From sequence record DRR723986_5794: DNA of 64,000 nt. The stretch is one strand, 5' to 3'. Made by a program: the position numbers and the translations under genes. This document shows positions 17,901 through 28,411 of the stretch, in pieces (positions within the stretch are counted from its first letter, which is position 1; every line of letters starts with the position of its first letter). The notes beneath the pieces were generated by a model. That model had not been told where the DNA came from. It did no database searches and saw only the letters and a program-made list of their open reading frames with translations.

Positions 17901-19153
17901 CCTGCAACAACTTGAAGCATTGCTTCTTTAAGCAAATATTTTTCAGCTAATCTTTTAAGATCTTCTGAAGTTGTAGTGTGTATAGCCATAATATAATCTT
18001 GATAATAAGTACTAGACAACTTATTAAAATAGATGTTTTTAAAAATCTCCATCTGAGATAAAGGACCATCAGCTTGTCGAAGAAATTCTCCAAGCGTATA
18101 ATTCTTCACTTTTTGAAGTTCATCATCATTAACCAATTCCTTTTTCAAGATGTCAAACTCGTTAAACACCTCATCAATAGTTTCCTCACGGACATCCTTC
18201 CCAACCTCCGTTGAAACGAAGAAGTAAGCCGCGTCTTGCAAAACAGCCAAGCCAGAACCAATCCCATAAGTGTAGCCCTTATCTTCACGAATATTAGCCA
18301 TTAATCGGCTGCCGAAATATCCGCCTAAAATGGTATTTAATAGCTGAAAAGAAAAATAATCGGGGTGATTTTTATCAAACATTAATCGCCCTATTCTTAT
18401 GGCGGACTGGATAGCGTCAGGTTTTTCAATTGTCAAGACCCCTTTATGCTGTTCAAAGTTTTGTTTTTCTAGAACATGAGGTTCATTATTGAAGTTTAGG
18501 GCCCACTTTTTTATTTTTTCTATAAACTCCGGATCTACATTCCCGGTAATAAAAATTACCGGTTTAGTTGAATAAAAGTTTTGATAGAACTCTATTAGAT
18601 CCGATTGATTAAGTTGCTCAAAATCATCAAGCACGGCCAACTGCCCATAGGCAGAATTCTTGCCATACAAGTTCTGATTAAACGTTCTTCGACACAATAC
18701 TTTTACTTTTTCAACATCAATATTGAAGTTACTTTTTGAAATCTCTACTTCCTTTCTAAGTTCAGATTCGGGAAAATCTACGTTCAAAAAAGCCGTTGAG
18801 AACAAATCGAAAATACTTTCAATATTCTCGGTCAATCCATATAAATTAACCGTAGAATGATCCTTGTCTAATTCGAGATTTGTATATCCTCCAAAAAAAT
18901 CAATTTCCTCGGCAATTTGTTGGGCTGTCTTAGAAGCAAAACCAGATAACAGCAATTTATTTGTGAATCCAGCTACTAATTTTTTCTTTTGGAACTTAGT
19001 ACCGGCGTTCCATTCAATATCAATTTTAACTGATTCGTCTTTTACTTCTTTTAACCAAAAAATTTCAACTCCATTGTCCGCGACATTTTTTTCAGGAAAA
19101 ACTATGTCTAAACTCTGAGCTTGTTTGAATTTTGGAGCGATTAACCTGTTCAT
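17897..19153 (-). CDS. M16 family peptidase, non-catalytic partner subunit
   Basis: LGGYFGSRLMANIREDKGYTYG motif; no HxxEH. Confidence 0.9.
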   Translation of the reverse strand: MNRLIAPKFKQAQSLDIVFPEKNVADNGVEIFWLKEVKDESVKIDIEWNAGTKFQKKKLVAGFTNKLLLSGFASKTAQQIAEEIDFFGGYTNLELDKDHSTVNLYGLTENIESIFDLFSTAFLNVDFPESELRKEVEISKSNFNIDVEKVKVLCRRTFNQNLYGKNSAYGQLAVLDDFEQLNQSDLIEFYQNFYSTKPVIFITGNVDPEFIEKIKKWALNFNNEPHVLEKQNFEQHKGVLTIEKPDAIQSAIRIGRLMFDKNHPDYFSFQLLNTILGGYFGSRLMANIREDKGYTYGIGSGLAVLQDAAYFFVSTEVGKDVREETIDEVFNEFDILKKELVNDDELQKVKNYTLGEFLRQADGPLSQMEIFKNIYFNKLSSTYYQDYIMAIHTTTSEDLKRLAEKYLLKEAMLQVVAG

Positions 19154-20388
19154 AATTTTGCCTTAATTTTTAGAGTTGAAGAATTTGAAGGTTTAATTAC
19201 CCGAATAGCAAAATCTATCAGAGATTGTGAAGAAACAGTGTCGTATTCTGCCAATTCATGATTGATTTTATCCAATTTTCCCATCTTGTCAAACATGGCA
19301 ATATTCATTACCCGATTCATTAAACTTTGTTCAGAAAAAACTTTACTTGTTTTGAACTTATTTTTCACTTTGGTTAATTCACGGTCGTCAATCTTACTTT
19401 TACAAACAGTTTCCAAGACCTTCCAAATTTCTTTTTCCGCATCATTTAATGAAACTCCTTTTAACAGATGACCTGAAACAACGATTAGTCCATCTTCCCA
19501 TCCTGCAGAAATGTATGCAGAAACTGAAGAGAACATTTTCTTTTCAGTCACTAACGTTTGGTACAATCTTGAAGACTTACCTCTTCCAAGAATATCTGAC
19601 AATAGGTCTCCCGAATAATGCTCTTTTGATAATCTGCCTCCCATTCTAAACGCAATGTAAATAGCGTCAGAAGGAACTTGTCGCTCCACCTCTAGCGACC
19701 TTGCCTCTGACTGTGGAGGTTCTGGCGGAAGATTCCTTTTTGGTTTTGGCCTTGCAGGTATATCTCCGAACCATTTTTCAGCTAAATCTTTAACCACATT
19801 CAAAGAGATATTTCCTCCTACTACTAAAGTCGCGTTTTGTGGACCATAGTGTTTGTAGAAAAAATCTTTAACATCCTGCATTGTCGCCTGTTCAATGTGC
19901 TCAATTTTTTTACCAATCGTGGGCCATTTATAGGGATGTTTTTGGTAAATCAAAGGTCTTAATAACAACCATACGTCTCCATATGGTTGATTTAAATAGC
20001 GCTGCTTAAATTCTTCAACCACAACATTTCTCTGCACTTCTAAACTTTTAGGTGTGAAAGCTAATTCTAACATTCTGTCACTTTCGAGCCAAAATGCGGT
20101 TTCGATATTATCTGCAGGAATGATATCGTAATAATTGGTGATATCGTTATTCGTAAAGGCATTACACTCTCCTCCTGCCATTTGCAGAGGCGCATCAAAA
20201 TTCTCAATATTTTTTGATCCGCCGAACATTAAATGTTCGAATAGATGTGCAAAACCCGTTCTATCCTCATCTTCATCTCTTGCACCTACATCATATATGA
20301 GGTTGACCACTGCCATTGGGGTGGTTTTATCCTCATGATAAATTACTTTTAATCCATTTTCTAAACTAAACTCTTCGAAATCAATCAT
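19150..20388 (-). CDS. M16 family zinc peptidase, catalytic subunit
   Basis: GFAHLFEHLMFGGS (HxxEH), NAFT, ESDRM and VVVEE motifs. Confidence 0.95.
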   Translation of the reverse strand: MIDFEEFSLENGLKVIYHEDKTTPMAVVNLIYDVGARDEDEDRTGFAHLFEHLMFGGSKNIENFDAPLQMAGGECNAFTNNDITNYYDIIPADNIETAFWLESDRMLELAFTPKSLEVQRNVVVEEFKQRYLNQPYGDVWLLLRPLIYQKHPYKWPTIGKKIEHIEQATMQDVKDFFYKHYGPQNATLVVGGNISLNVVKDLAEKWFGDIPARPKPKRNLPPEPPQSEARSLEVERQVPSDAIYIAFRMGGRLSKEHYSGDLLSDILGRGKSSRLYQTLVTEKKMFSSVSAYISAGWEDGLIVVSGHLLKGVSLNDAEKEIWKVLETVCKSKIDDRELTKVKNKFKTSKVFSEQSLMNRVMNIAMFDKMGKLDKINHELAEYDTVSSQSLIDFAIRVIKPSNSSTLKIKAKL

Positions 20389-21344
20389 TAAAAATTATAT
20401 TTTGGATTATTCAAATTCTCTTTCTCCATTCTAAATTCTTGAAGGATTTCATTCACGATATCAGCAGCTGGTTTTATTTCATTTATGATGCCAGCAACTT
20501 GACCAATTTCTAGTTCACCTTCAGATAAATCTCCTTCGAACATACCTTTCTTTGCTCTTCCCCTACCTAACAGATTTTTTAGATCTTCATTGGAAGCATC
20601 ATTCGCATAAGCCTCTTCTACTCTGTGAAAAAAGTCATTCTTAATCAATCTTACTGGGGTTAATTCTTTTAAGGTGAGTTTTGTTCCGCCATCTCCTGTT
20701 TTGAGTACCGTTTGCTTAAAGTTGTCATGTGCTGAAGATTCATTAGAAGCGACAAATCGTGAACCTATTTGAACTCCATCAGCACCTAAAACCATTGCCG
20801 CTAACATTCCAGCACCACTAGCAATTCCACCTGCAGCAATTAAGGGAATACTTAATTGTTTTTTGATCATAGGAATCAAGGTCAGAGTTGTAGTTTCATC
20901 TATGCCATTATGCCCACCTGCTTCGAATCCTTCTGCTACTACAGCATCTACTCCAGCATCTTGAGATTTTAAAGCAAACTTCAATGAGGATACCACATGA
21001 ACAACAGTGATACCTTTCTCCTTTAGATAATTCGTATATGTTTTGGGATTGCCTGCAGAGGTAAAAACTATCGGAACTTTATGCTTGATTATCGTTTCGA
21101 TATGTTTATCTATATCTGGGTAAATCATTGGTAGGTTTACTGCAAAAGGTTGGTTTGTAGCCGCCTTACATTTTTGAATGTGTTCATCAAGAATGTTTGG
21201 ATACATTGATCCAGATCCGATTATACCCAAGCCTCCTGCATTACTCACCGCTGAAGCCAATTCCCATCCTGAGCACCAGATCATTCCCGCTTGAATTATG
21301 GGATATTTGATGCCAAATAATTGTGTGATCTTGTTTGTTTCCAT
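20388..21344 (-). CDS. fabK: Enoyl-ACP reductase II (FabK; nitronate monooxygenase family)
   Basis: YPIIQAGMIWCSGWELASAVSNAGGLG, AEGFEAGGHNG, AAGGI and GELEIGQ motifs; closely resembles Bacteroidota FabK as I recall it. Confidence 0.8.
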   Translation of the reverse strand: METNKITQLFGIKYPIIQAGMIWCSGWELASAVSNAGGLGIIGSGSMYPNILDEHIQKCKAATNQPFAVNLPMIYPDIDKHIETIIKHKVPIVFTSAGNPKTYTNYLKEKGITVVHVVSSLKFALKSQDAGVDAVVAEGFEAGGHNGIDETTTLTLIPMIKKQLSIPLIAAGGIASGAGMLAAMVLGADGVQIGSRFVASNESSAHDNFKQTVLKTGDGGTKLTLKELTPVRLIKNDFFHRVEEAYANDASNEDLKNLLGRGRAKKGMFEGDLSEGELEIGQVAGIINEIKPAADIVNEILQEFRMEKENLNNPKYNF

Positions 21345-21476
21345 TGAAAGATTAAAGTTAATTGAAATTTAGATGCAAAATATCTTGAATTTACTTTTAT
21401 GTTATCTTGGATAATTTTTGTACTTTAGCTCTCTGGTACTGTGGATATTTCAAAGTACTACAAAATGAAATTGAGA

Positions 21477-22382
21477 ATGAAAAAACTAATTATACTGTTA
21501 TTCTTTGTTGCTGCTGGGCTTAGTTCAAATGCACAACAATACAATTTAGGGTACGGTATCCGGGCGGGTGTTGCTAATTTTTTAGGTGACATTGGAAACG
21601 GAGATGCGGCGAGAGGATTTGTTTTCAACATGAATCTAAAAGATACACGTTGGTCAACTGGAGCGTTTATTCGTTATCGTTTTCACCCTCTATTAGCTTT
21701 ACAAGGCTCCTTTACTTATGCTAGAATTCAAGGAATGGATTCTGACTCTGAAAACAGAGCACGTAGAGGTAGAAACTTGAATTTCAAGAACGACATGTTT
21801 GATATTGCGGCTAAACTGGAATATTACCCACAATTTTTATCGGTATCTGATGTTGGTTTCAGAGGACGTTATCGAACGGATTTTCAAACTTACTTTTTTG
21901 CTGGACTTGGAATGGTAATTCACAGTCCTAAAGGACAACTAGGTGGTACTGGCCCAAAAGTTAAACTTCGTCCATTAATGACTGAAGGTGAGAAGTATTC
22001 TCCGGTAGTTTTTCAAACTCCTTTTGGCGGAGGATTTTTCTTTACGCATAAAAGAAAACACAGAATTGGATTTGAGTATTCATGGAGTTGGACATTCACA
22101 GATTATTTAGATGATATTTCCGGTACTTATTTTGATCATCCTGCTGGTTCACAAGCAGCACAAATGTCAAATCAATATGATCCAGGGAATGTTAATGTAC
22201 CAGCTATTGAAAACTACCTTCCAGGTGAACAAAGAGGTGACCCTACTGATAGAGACAACTACATGTTAATGACGGTTTCGTACAGTTATTTAATCCGTAC
22301 TAGAAATGGATTCTACAGAAAGAACTACTCTTGGATGTACGGAAGAAGAAAGCGATTTGGTGGAACTAAAGCAAAGTTCTAA
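21477..22382 (+). CDS. DUF6089 / PorG-like outer-membrane beta-barrel protein
   Basis: Likely start ATG 21477, signal peptide SNA-Q; NFLGDIG, RNLNF, TFTDYLDDIS and RGDPTDRDNY motifs. Confidence 0.75.
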   Translation: MKKLIILLFFVAAGLSSNAQQYNLGYGIRAGVANFLGDIGNGDAARGFVFNMNLKDTRWSTGAFIRYRFHPLLALQGSFTYARIQGMDSDSENRARRGRNLNFKNDMFDIAAKLEYYPQFLSVSDVGFRGRYRTDFQTYFFAGLGMVIHSPKGQLGGTGPKVKLRPLMTEGEKYSPVVFQTPFGGGFFFTHKRKHRIGFEYSWSWTFTDYLDDISGTYFDHPAGSQAAQMSNQYDPGNVNVPAIENYLPGEQRGDPTDRDNYMLMTVSYSYLIRTRNGFYRKNYSWMYGRRKRFGGTKAKF

Positions 22383-23560
22383 GTAGCTGCTTCTAAAATT
22401 TTCTGAACAATAATTTCAATATCAAAGTTTTCGATTGATACATCTTTGGTTGAGTCGTTTTGGTAGTCTTTATTAAAAAATTGATCAACCAATTCTGAGT
22501 TAAATTCTCCTGGACGATAAGTTAATGTGGGCCTTTTCGATAGTTTATAATCTATGAGCTTGCTCGGTGTTTGTTCTGCCGTCGTATTTAAAATATTCAA
22601 GAGAAAATCAGACTCACTCATGCGATAAATACATTCGTTTCGAGGCAATAAGTTATTTAATTCTAATCTATCTCCCAACGTTTTGATATATGGGCCTATC
22701 ATTTCTAAATTATCAGCATTTGACATGTCCATGTATACTCTGAATTTAAATTCAAAATCTAAACCGACCAGGTAATCTAGAAATTCAAACGGGTTCCTAA
22801 TGTCCTTGTAAAAATTTCCCGCATAAGTTAAAACTGGTACATTTGATTGGTCCGAAAGCAGATTATCAGCTAGTTTGATTCCTTTAAAGTCCAGCCCTTG
22901 AGGCAACACTAAAATTTTATCTTTAGATTTAAACTCGTAAAAAGAAGGTGCCATGACTTCAGTTGGAACTATAATAAAATCAAACTTTTTAAGAATCCAT
23001 TTTTCAAACCATTTGTGAAAAAAAGGAGTTTGTATTGTAGTATTTGAAGAATAGGGGTCGCCATAATCAGCAACTTTGACTTTGGTCAAATTATTTCTTT
23101 TCTTAGTGGCTAATCTTAGCCCATAATGCGCATTCAAGGGCAACCCAACAGAAATGCATAGATCAAATTTATTGTCAGACTTGCGAAGCGCCTTGGAGAC
23201 GGTATATGCAAACTCAAAATTAAATCCTCCTGGATAAAACCACTCAATTAACTTCCTTTTGAATCTTTTAGAAATTCCTGTCTTTTCAAGTTTCGGAATT
23301 TCAACTTGTTCTGATCTTTTGACATCCTTTTTAGGCTGAAAAGTTACCGCATTTTTATTTAAATAAAAGCCCGGCCTTACTTTTTCAATTATTAAATTAT
23401 TGTATTGATTCTGAAGGTCTGAATAATCAAACTCATTATTTGGAATAAAAACAACAACTTCATGTCCAAGTCTTGCAAATTCTTTGACAAGTTCGAAAGT
23501 CCGGAAAGCTCTTGGATTAATTAAGGGATAAAAATTGTATGAAATAACTCCTATTTTCAT
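22379..23560 (-). CDS. Glycosyltransferase, GT-B fold (GT4-like)
   Basis: MKIGVISYNFYP..RAFR..LGHEV, ADYGDP and PSKLIDY; last gene of the glycan locus. Confidence 0.75.
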   Translation of the reverse strand: MKIGVISYNFYPLINPRAFRTFELVKEFARLGHEVVVFIPNNEFDYSDLQNQYNNLIIEKVRPGFYLNKNAVTFQPKKDVKRSEQVEIPKLEKTGISKRFKRKLIEWFYPGGFNFEFAYTVSKALRKSDNKFDLCISVGLPLNAHYGLRLATKKRNNLTKVKVADYGDPYSSNTTIQTPFFHKWFEKWILKKFDFIIVPTEVMAPSFYEFKSKDKILVLPQGLDFKGIKLADNLLSDQSNVPVLTYAGNFYKDIRNPFEFLDYLVGLDFEFKFRVYMDMSNADNLEMIGPYIKTLGDRLELNNLLPRNECIYRMSESDFLLNILNTTAEQTPSKLIDYKLSKRPTLTYRPGEFNSELVDQFFNKDYQNDSTKDVSIENFDIEIIVQKILEAAT

Positions 23561-23566
23561 AAGGTA

Positions 23567-24664
23567 TTACGACAAATAATCAGAACATATTTTAAGAATA
23601 CGTTCTGTAGCATTACCATCCCATAATTCTGGAATTTCACCTTTTTTGTAGGTGCCATTCTGAATTTTTTGAACTTGATCCATTACCTCTTCAACTTCGA
23701 ATGGCAAAAGCGTATTCGTTCCAGCTTGAACCGTTATAGGTCTTTCGGTATTATCCCTAACCGTTAAGCACGGTACTCCTTGAAAAGTTGTTTCTTCTTG
23801 AATACCCCCACTATCTGTAATTACTAATTCACAAGACTTAACTAATTTCTGAAATTCAAAATAACCCATTGCATCCGTTAAGGTCACGTTGGCCAATTCT
23901 GATAATTGGTCCTCAAGGCCGAATCGTTTCAAGTTCTTTTTTGTCCTAGGGTGAATAGGGAAAACAACCATGTACTTTTTTGACACCTCAGTCAACAATG
24001 CTAGTAATTTTTTTAAACCAATCTCAGAATCTACGTTTGAAGGTCTGTGGACTGTCATCAGCACAAATTTTTCTAGAAGATTTAAATCTTCAAGAATTGA
24101 CGACTTTTCGATTTCACTTTTAGATGCAACTAATGTATCAATCATGGTATTTCCTACAAAATGAATTTGTCCATTCTTTTTTTCAATTGTCAAATTTTGA
24201 ATTCCGCTTTCTTCAGTCACAAAAAACAAGTCTGAAATTTCATCAGTTAAAATGCGATTGATCTCTTCAGGCATTTCTCGGTCATTAGATCTCAATCCTG
24301 ACTCAAGATGAGCTAAGGAAATGCCTAGTTTATTAGCAACAATTGCAACCGCTAGTGTCGAGTTGACATCTCCAGGTGTAATGATTAAATTAGCCGGAAA
24401 GTTTTCTTTAATAAGCGCTTCTAACTTGAAGAGAATCTGTCCCATTTGCGTAAGCGGACTTGAATTGTCAATATCAAGATAGAAATCAGGTCTTAATCCG
24501 AATTGATCAAAAAAGACTTGAGCCATATTAGCGTCAGAATGCTGGCCCGTATGGGCTATTTTCAATTCAAGATTTGGATAATTCTCAGCAACACGTTTAA
24601 ACTGCGTCACTTTAATGAAATTAGGCCTTGTACCTACTACTAACAAAATCTTTTTCTTATCCAT
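23567..24664 (-). CDS. wecB: UDP-N-acetylglucosamine 2-epimerase (non-hydrolysing)
   Basis: VGTRPNFIK, HTGQH, GDVNST, ESGLRS, PEEINR and TDSGGIQEE motifs. Confidence 0.93.
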   Translation of the reverse strand: MDKKKILLVVGTRPNFIKVTQFKRVAENYPNLELKIAHTGQHSDANMAQVFFDQFGLRPDFYLDIDNSSPLTQMGQILFKLEALIKENFPANLIITPGDVNSTLAVAIVANKLGISLAHLESGLRSNDREMPEEINRILTDEISDLFFVTEESGIQNLTIEKKNGQIHFVGNTMIDTLVASKSEIEKSSILEDLNLLEKFVLMTVHRPSNVDSEIGLKKLLALLTEVSKKYMVVFPIHPRTKKNLKRFGLEDQLSELANVTLTDAMGYFEFQKLVKSCELVITDSGGIQEETTFQGVPCLTVRDNTERPITVQAGTNTLLPFEVEEVMDQVQKIQNGTYKKGEIPELWDGNATERILKICSDYLS

Positions 24665-24691
24665 AATTCCAATTGGATGAACTAATTTACC

Positions 24692-25849
24692 TTATGCCAA
24701 ATACTCAACCAGTTTAGTATTATATGTACTATCTGAGTACTCCTTTTTTACAAATTGCATTGCATTATTTCCTATTTCGTTTCTAAATTCTCGATTCGAA
24801 TAAAGGTGTTCAATTGCCTGCAATAAACTCTCATGTTCATTTTGAGGGTCAATATACAAACAATGCTCTTTTCCTTTAAATATAGACTTTATTGTTTTTG
24901 ATTCAGGTGCAATGAAAGGAATTCCGCATTCTGCATATTCAAACAATTTCAAAGGACTTCCATACCAATTTGAACCTGGCATTACCGCTATAGATAGTTG
25001 CGTTTTTATCTTATTTAATTCAGATTCAGAAACGAATCCAGGCAGGTATACTTTCTCTTTTAGCTTTTTTGAATCTACCATTGATTTGATTCGGTTCCAT
25101 TCTGTTCCAAAACCTATTAATGAAAGTTTCGACTGAGGATGCTGCCGGTTAAACTCAAAGAATACCTCCAGTAGCAAATCAACTTTATGCCATTTTAAAA
25201 ACGAACCAATAAAACCAATATTGAAATTAGGTTCAGGCTTATTTTGGATTTCATTATTCTTTAATAAAACGCATGGCAATACATTCACCTTTCCAGAAAT
25301 TTCATATTTCTTAGAAATGTAATCTTGACATGCGGGAGAATAAACCATGATCTTATTTGCAGCCTCTAAACTCAACTTTTCTGATTTTTGAATGCTTTTC
25401 CAGTAAGCTGACTTTGTTCCATACATCTCTACAAATTGTTCGTCCACAGGAGAGTCAAAAATAATAGACAATTTGGCTCCCCAAAACTCAGCCAATTCTT
25501 TTCCTATTAACGAGCCAACAGAATGAAATTCTACTATCAAATCACAGGCATTAAGCTTTTTTAGCTCTTCTAAAAGTGCATCTTGTCCTTTCAGATATGA
25601 CCTCATCACAATTGATTGATATAACCATGGCCATTTTTTTAACAGCCTCTTTAACGTTGATTTTAATCCATTACTAGAAGGGTTATTGTCCTCTGCTTTT
25701 TTTTCCGAATGGGTGTAATCTAGAACAACTTCATGTCCTTCAGCAACGAAGGCAGACTCTATCTTTTTCAAGTAACCTAATACAGCTGAATTTTCATTGT
25801 GAAAATTAAATTTCGGGATACCTATCAATATGAGAATTCTTTTCTTCAG
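24692..25849 (-). CDS. GT4 family glycosyltransferase (probable CTG start)
   Basis: GFIGSFLKWHKVD and YGSPLKLFEY motifs; in-frame CTG at 25849 overlaps the upstream TGA and gives MKKRILILIG. Confidence 0.85.
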   Translation of the reverse strand: MKKRILILIGIPKFNFHNENSAVLGYLKKIESAFVAEGHEVVLDYTHSEKKAEDNNPSSNGLKSTLKRLLKKWPWLYQSIVMRSYLKGQDALLEELKKLNACDLIVEFHSVGSLIGKELAEFWGAKLSIIFDSPVDEQFVEMYGTKSAYWKSIQKSEKLSLEAANKIMVYSPACQDYISKKYEISGKVNVLPCVLLKNNEIQNKPEPNFNIGFIGSFLKWHKVDLLLEVFFEFNRQHPQSKLSLIGFGTEWNRIKSMVDSKKLKEKVYLPGFVSESELNKIKTQLSIAVMPGSNWYGSPLKLFEYAECGIPFIAPESKTIKSIFKGKEHCLYIDPQNEHESLLQAIEHLYSNREFRNEIGNNAMQFVKKEYSDSTYNTKLVEYLA

Positions 25850-26706
25850 AGTTTACTTTTTATCTGATTTTTCATTTTTAAAAGCCCTTCTTGCAGATCT
25901 AATTTTGGTTCCCAATCAAGGTCACGTTTAACTTTTGAAATATCGCAAACCGTATTTGGTATCTCGTTCGGTCGCTGGACATCTTCAGAAACTACCTTGA
26001 GATTTGAACCCCAAACTTTTTGGCAAGCCTCAATAATTTCCTTCACTGAATAAGAACTACCTGAACCAACATTATAGATCTCACCGTTAATATTGTCACC
26101 AATTTTTACAAGAAATTCAATGAAATCGGCAATGTGAAGATAATCTCTTTTCGGATCCAAGTCTTTGACATTGATCGTTTCTGAATTTTCAATTTGATGT
26201 ATAATCTCTGGAATTAGCATTTTTGAATTCTTCGTATCTCCATATATATTAAATGGCCTAACTATTACGGAATCAACTGCGAAATTTTCCGTGTAAAACT
26301 GACAAAGTCTTTCTCCTTCTAATTTGCTAAATGCGTAGGGATTTAAAGCTTTTACGGCATGTTTTTCGTCTATTGGAAGATATTCTGGTACACCATACAT
26401 ATATGAGCTAATGAATACCATTTTAACCCCATGTTTTTTACAGAATTCTAGCGCATTCGCGGTACCAATAATATTGGTCTCAAAGAAATCGGTAGGATTA
26501 TTCCAACTATCAGGCACGTTGCTTTTGGCTGCCAAGTGATATAAAACGTCAATTGTACTCGGATTTTCAAAACCATTAAAATAATCTTGATTTTCAATTC
26601 GCAAAGCGTTTTCAGAGTGAACCACTTTGTGACCTGACATCAATAATACCTCAGCTAAATGAGTTCCAATGCTTCCTGAGGCTCCAGTAATGGCAATGCG
26701 CTTCAT
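25846..26706 (-). CDS. NAD-dependent epimerase/reductase (extended SDR)
   Basis: ITGASGSIG, YxxSK (PYAFSK), RPFNIYG and RDYLHI motifs. Confidence 0.9.
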   Translation of the reverse strand: MKRIAITGASGSIGTHLAEVLLMSGHKVVHSENALRIENQDYFNGFENPSTIDVLYHLAAKSNVPDSWNNPTDFFETNIIGTANALEFCKKHGVKMVFISSYMYGVPEYLPIDEKHAVKALNPYAFSKLEGERLCQFYTENFAVDSVIVRPFNIYGDTKNSKMLIPEIIHQIENSETINVKDLDPKRDYLHIADFIEFLVKIGDNINGEIYNVGSGSSYSVKEIIEACQKVWGSNLKVVSEDVQRPNEIPNTVCDISKVKRDLDWEPKLDLQEGLLKMKNQIKSKL

Positions 26707-27416
26707 TCTTTTAGAAAGATCGATTTATTCTTTTCAAACTCGTCTATAGCTTCCATATAATCATCCGGTCTTCCGATATCCAACCAATAACCTTTAAATT
26801 GGTTAACAGATGCATTCTTTTCAGCCTTAATAAGGTCAAGCATCAATGTATCAAATCCATAGGCTTCATTATGTGGGATGAAGTCTAGAACTTCTTTGTT
26901 CAACATATAGACCCCCATGCTGACCTCAAATTTACTTACAGGTTTTTCATGAAAGTCTTGTAATTTTTTATTCGCATCAACTTCCAAGACACCATATAAA
27001 TTAACATGTTCCCTGATATAAGAAGATATCGTAAATATGTTTCTTTGCGCAACATGATCTTCATAAAAGGCCTTAAAGTCGATATCTGACAAAATATCAC
27101 CGTTCATCACCAAAAAATTCTCAGGTAAATCATCTATTAAACTCAATGGCCCCATGGTTGAAAGCGGTTTACTTTCAAGCGAGTAATCTATTTTGATACC
27201 CCATTTTGAGCCATCTGCAAAAAAAGTTTTTATCAAATCGGCTTGATGATTTACCGTTAAAGTAATGTGATCAAAGCCAGCATGCACCAATTGGCGAATG
27301 ATAATTTCGAGTATCGGGTAATCTCCAAGGGGCATTAATGGTTTAGGTAAAACAACTGTATAAGGACGTAATCTTGTTCCTTTACCACCGGCCAAAATAA
27401 TCGCTCTTTTAGACAT
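26703..27416 (-). CDS. Sugar-phosphate nucleotidyltransferase (mannose-1-P guanylyltransferase/PtmE-like, no CBS domains)
   Basis: Likely start ATG 27416; AIILAGGKGTRLRPYT..PKPL, NGDIL and WLDIGRPDDY motifs. Confidence 0.9.
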   Translation of the reverse strand: MSKRAIILAGGKGTRLRPYTVVLPKPLMPLGDYPILEIIIRQLVHAGFDHITLTVNHQADLIKTFFADGSKWGIKIDYSLESKPLSTMGPLSLIDDLPENFLVMNGDILSDIDFKAFYEDHVAQRNIFTISSYIREHVNLYGVLEVDANKKLQDFHEKPVSKFEVSMGVYMLNKEVLDFIPHNEAYGFDTLMLDLIKAEKNASVNQFKGYWLDIGRPDDYMEAIDEFEKNKSIFLKE

Positions 27417-28401
27417 TGTAAATGTTGGTTTTATATTTAGATAAATTATCTGGATTCGTAAACCAATCCACTGTTTGTTTGATTCCTTGTTCGATTGAAA
27501 CTTCAGGAACAAATCCAGTAAGTAAATTGATTTTTGAATTATTACACCATAAACGCTGCACTTCGCTTTTACCCGGTCTTATTCGTGCAGGGTCAATAAC
27601 AAAATTCACATCTGAGTTCATGGTCTTTTTGATTAATTCAAAAGTATCTTGGATTGAAATCTCAAAATTTGAGCCGATATTGATGACCTCACCTACCGAT
27701 TTATCTGAATTCGCTATTGCGATAAATCCTCTACATGTATCTTCAACATAATTAAAATCTCTAGTAGGACTTAAATCCCCTACTTGAATTTCTTTTTTAC
27801 CATCTGCTATTTGCGAAATTATGGTTGGAATAACTGCTCGAGCGGATTGCCTTGGACCATAAGTATTAAAAGGTCTTGCAATAGTTAAAGGCAAATCAAA
27901 CGCATTGTAAAAACTCATTGCCATGTTATCAGCACCGATCTTACTAGCGCTGTACGGAGACTGAGGCTGAAGCGGATGTTTTTCATCAATTGGAACATAC
28001 AAAGCAGTTCCATATACTTCTGAAGTTGATGTATGGATTACTTTTTCACATCCATTATCTTTTGCTGCTTGACAAATATTCAAAGTTCCAGTGACATTCG
28101 TATCGACATAAGAGGTAGGCGCAACATATGAATAAGGAATGGCTATTAAAGCTGCCAAATGAAATACTACATCAACCCCTTTCGTAATATGATTACAATA
28201 ATGAGGATCTCTTACATCTCCTGAAAGTACTTCTATTTGATCAAGGCAATCAACTTGTTCTAACCAGCCCCAATAATTGAAAGAATTGTATTGAGATAGG
28301 GCTTTTACTTTTGCCCCTTCCTTTACCAACATTTCAGTAAGATGCGAGCCGATAAAGCCATCTGCACCCGTTACCAATACTGTTTTACCTTTTAAGTTCA
28401 T
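27409..28401 (-). CDS. legB: NAD-dependent 4,6-dehydratase, LegB-like
   Basis: VTGADGFIGSHL, YNSFNYWGWL, HLAALIAIPYSY, TSTSEVYG, QSPYSASK and RPFNTYGPRQSARAVIP motifs. Confidence 0.8.
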   Translation of the reverse strand: MNLKGKTVLVTGADGFIGSHLTEMLVKEGAKVKALSQYNSFNYWGWLEQVDCLDQIEVLSGDVRDPHYCNHITKGVDVVFHLAALIAIPYSYVAPTSYVDTNVTGTLNICQAAKDNGCEKVIHTSTSEVYGTALYVPIDEKHPLQPQSPYSASKIGADNMAMSFYNAFDLPLTIARPFNTYGPRQSARAVIPTIISQIADGKKEIQVGDLSPTRDFNYVEDTCRGFIAIANSDKSVGEVINIGSNFEISIQDTFELIKKTMNSDVNFVIDPARIRPGKSEVQRLWCNNSKINLLTGFVPEVSIEQGIKQTVDWFTNPDNLSKYKTNIYNV

Positions 28402-28411
28402 AATTTTCAAA

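Noticed and set aside
17897-19153. M16 peptidase lacking HxxEH as a pseudogene
   Set aside because: Active/inactive M16B pairs are well known and the ORF is full length.
27417-27512. Long N-terminal extensions in the ORF track (also 13811-13852, 47314-47358, 2978-2992, 21441-21476)
   Set aside because: Downstream ATGs give proper family N-termini or signal peptides and avoid long overlaps.
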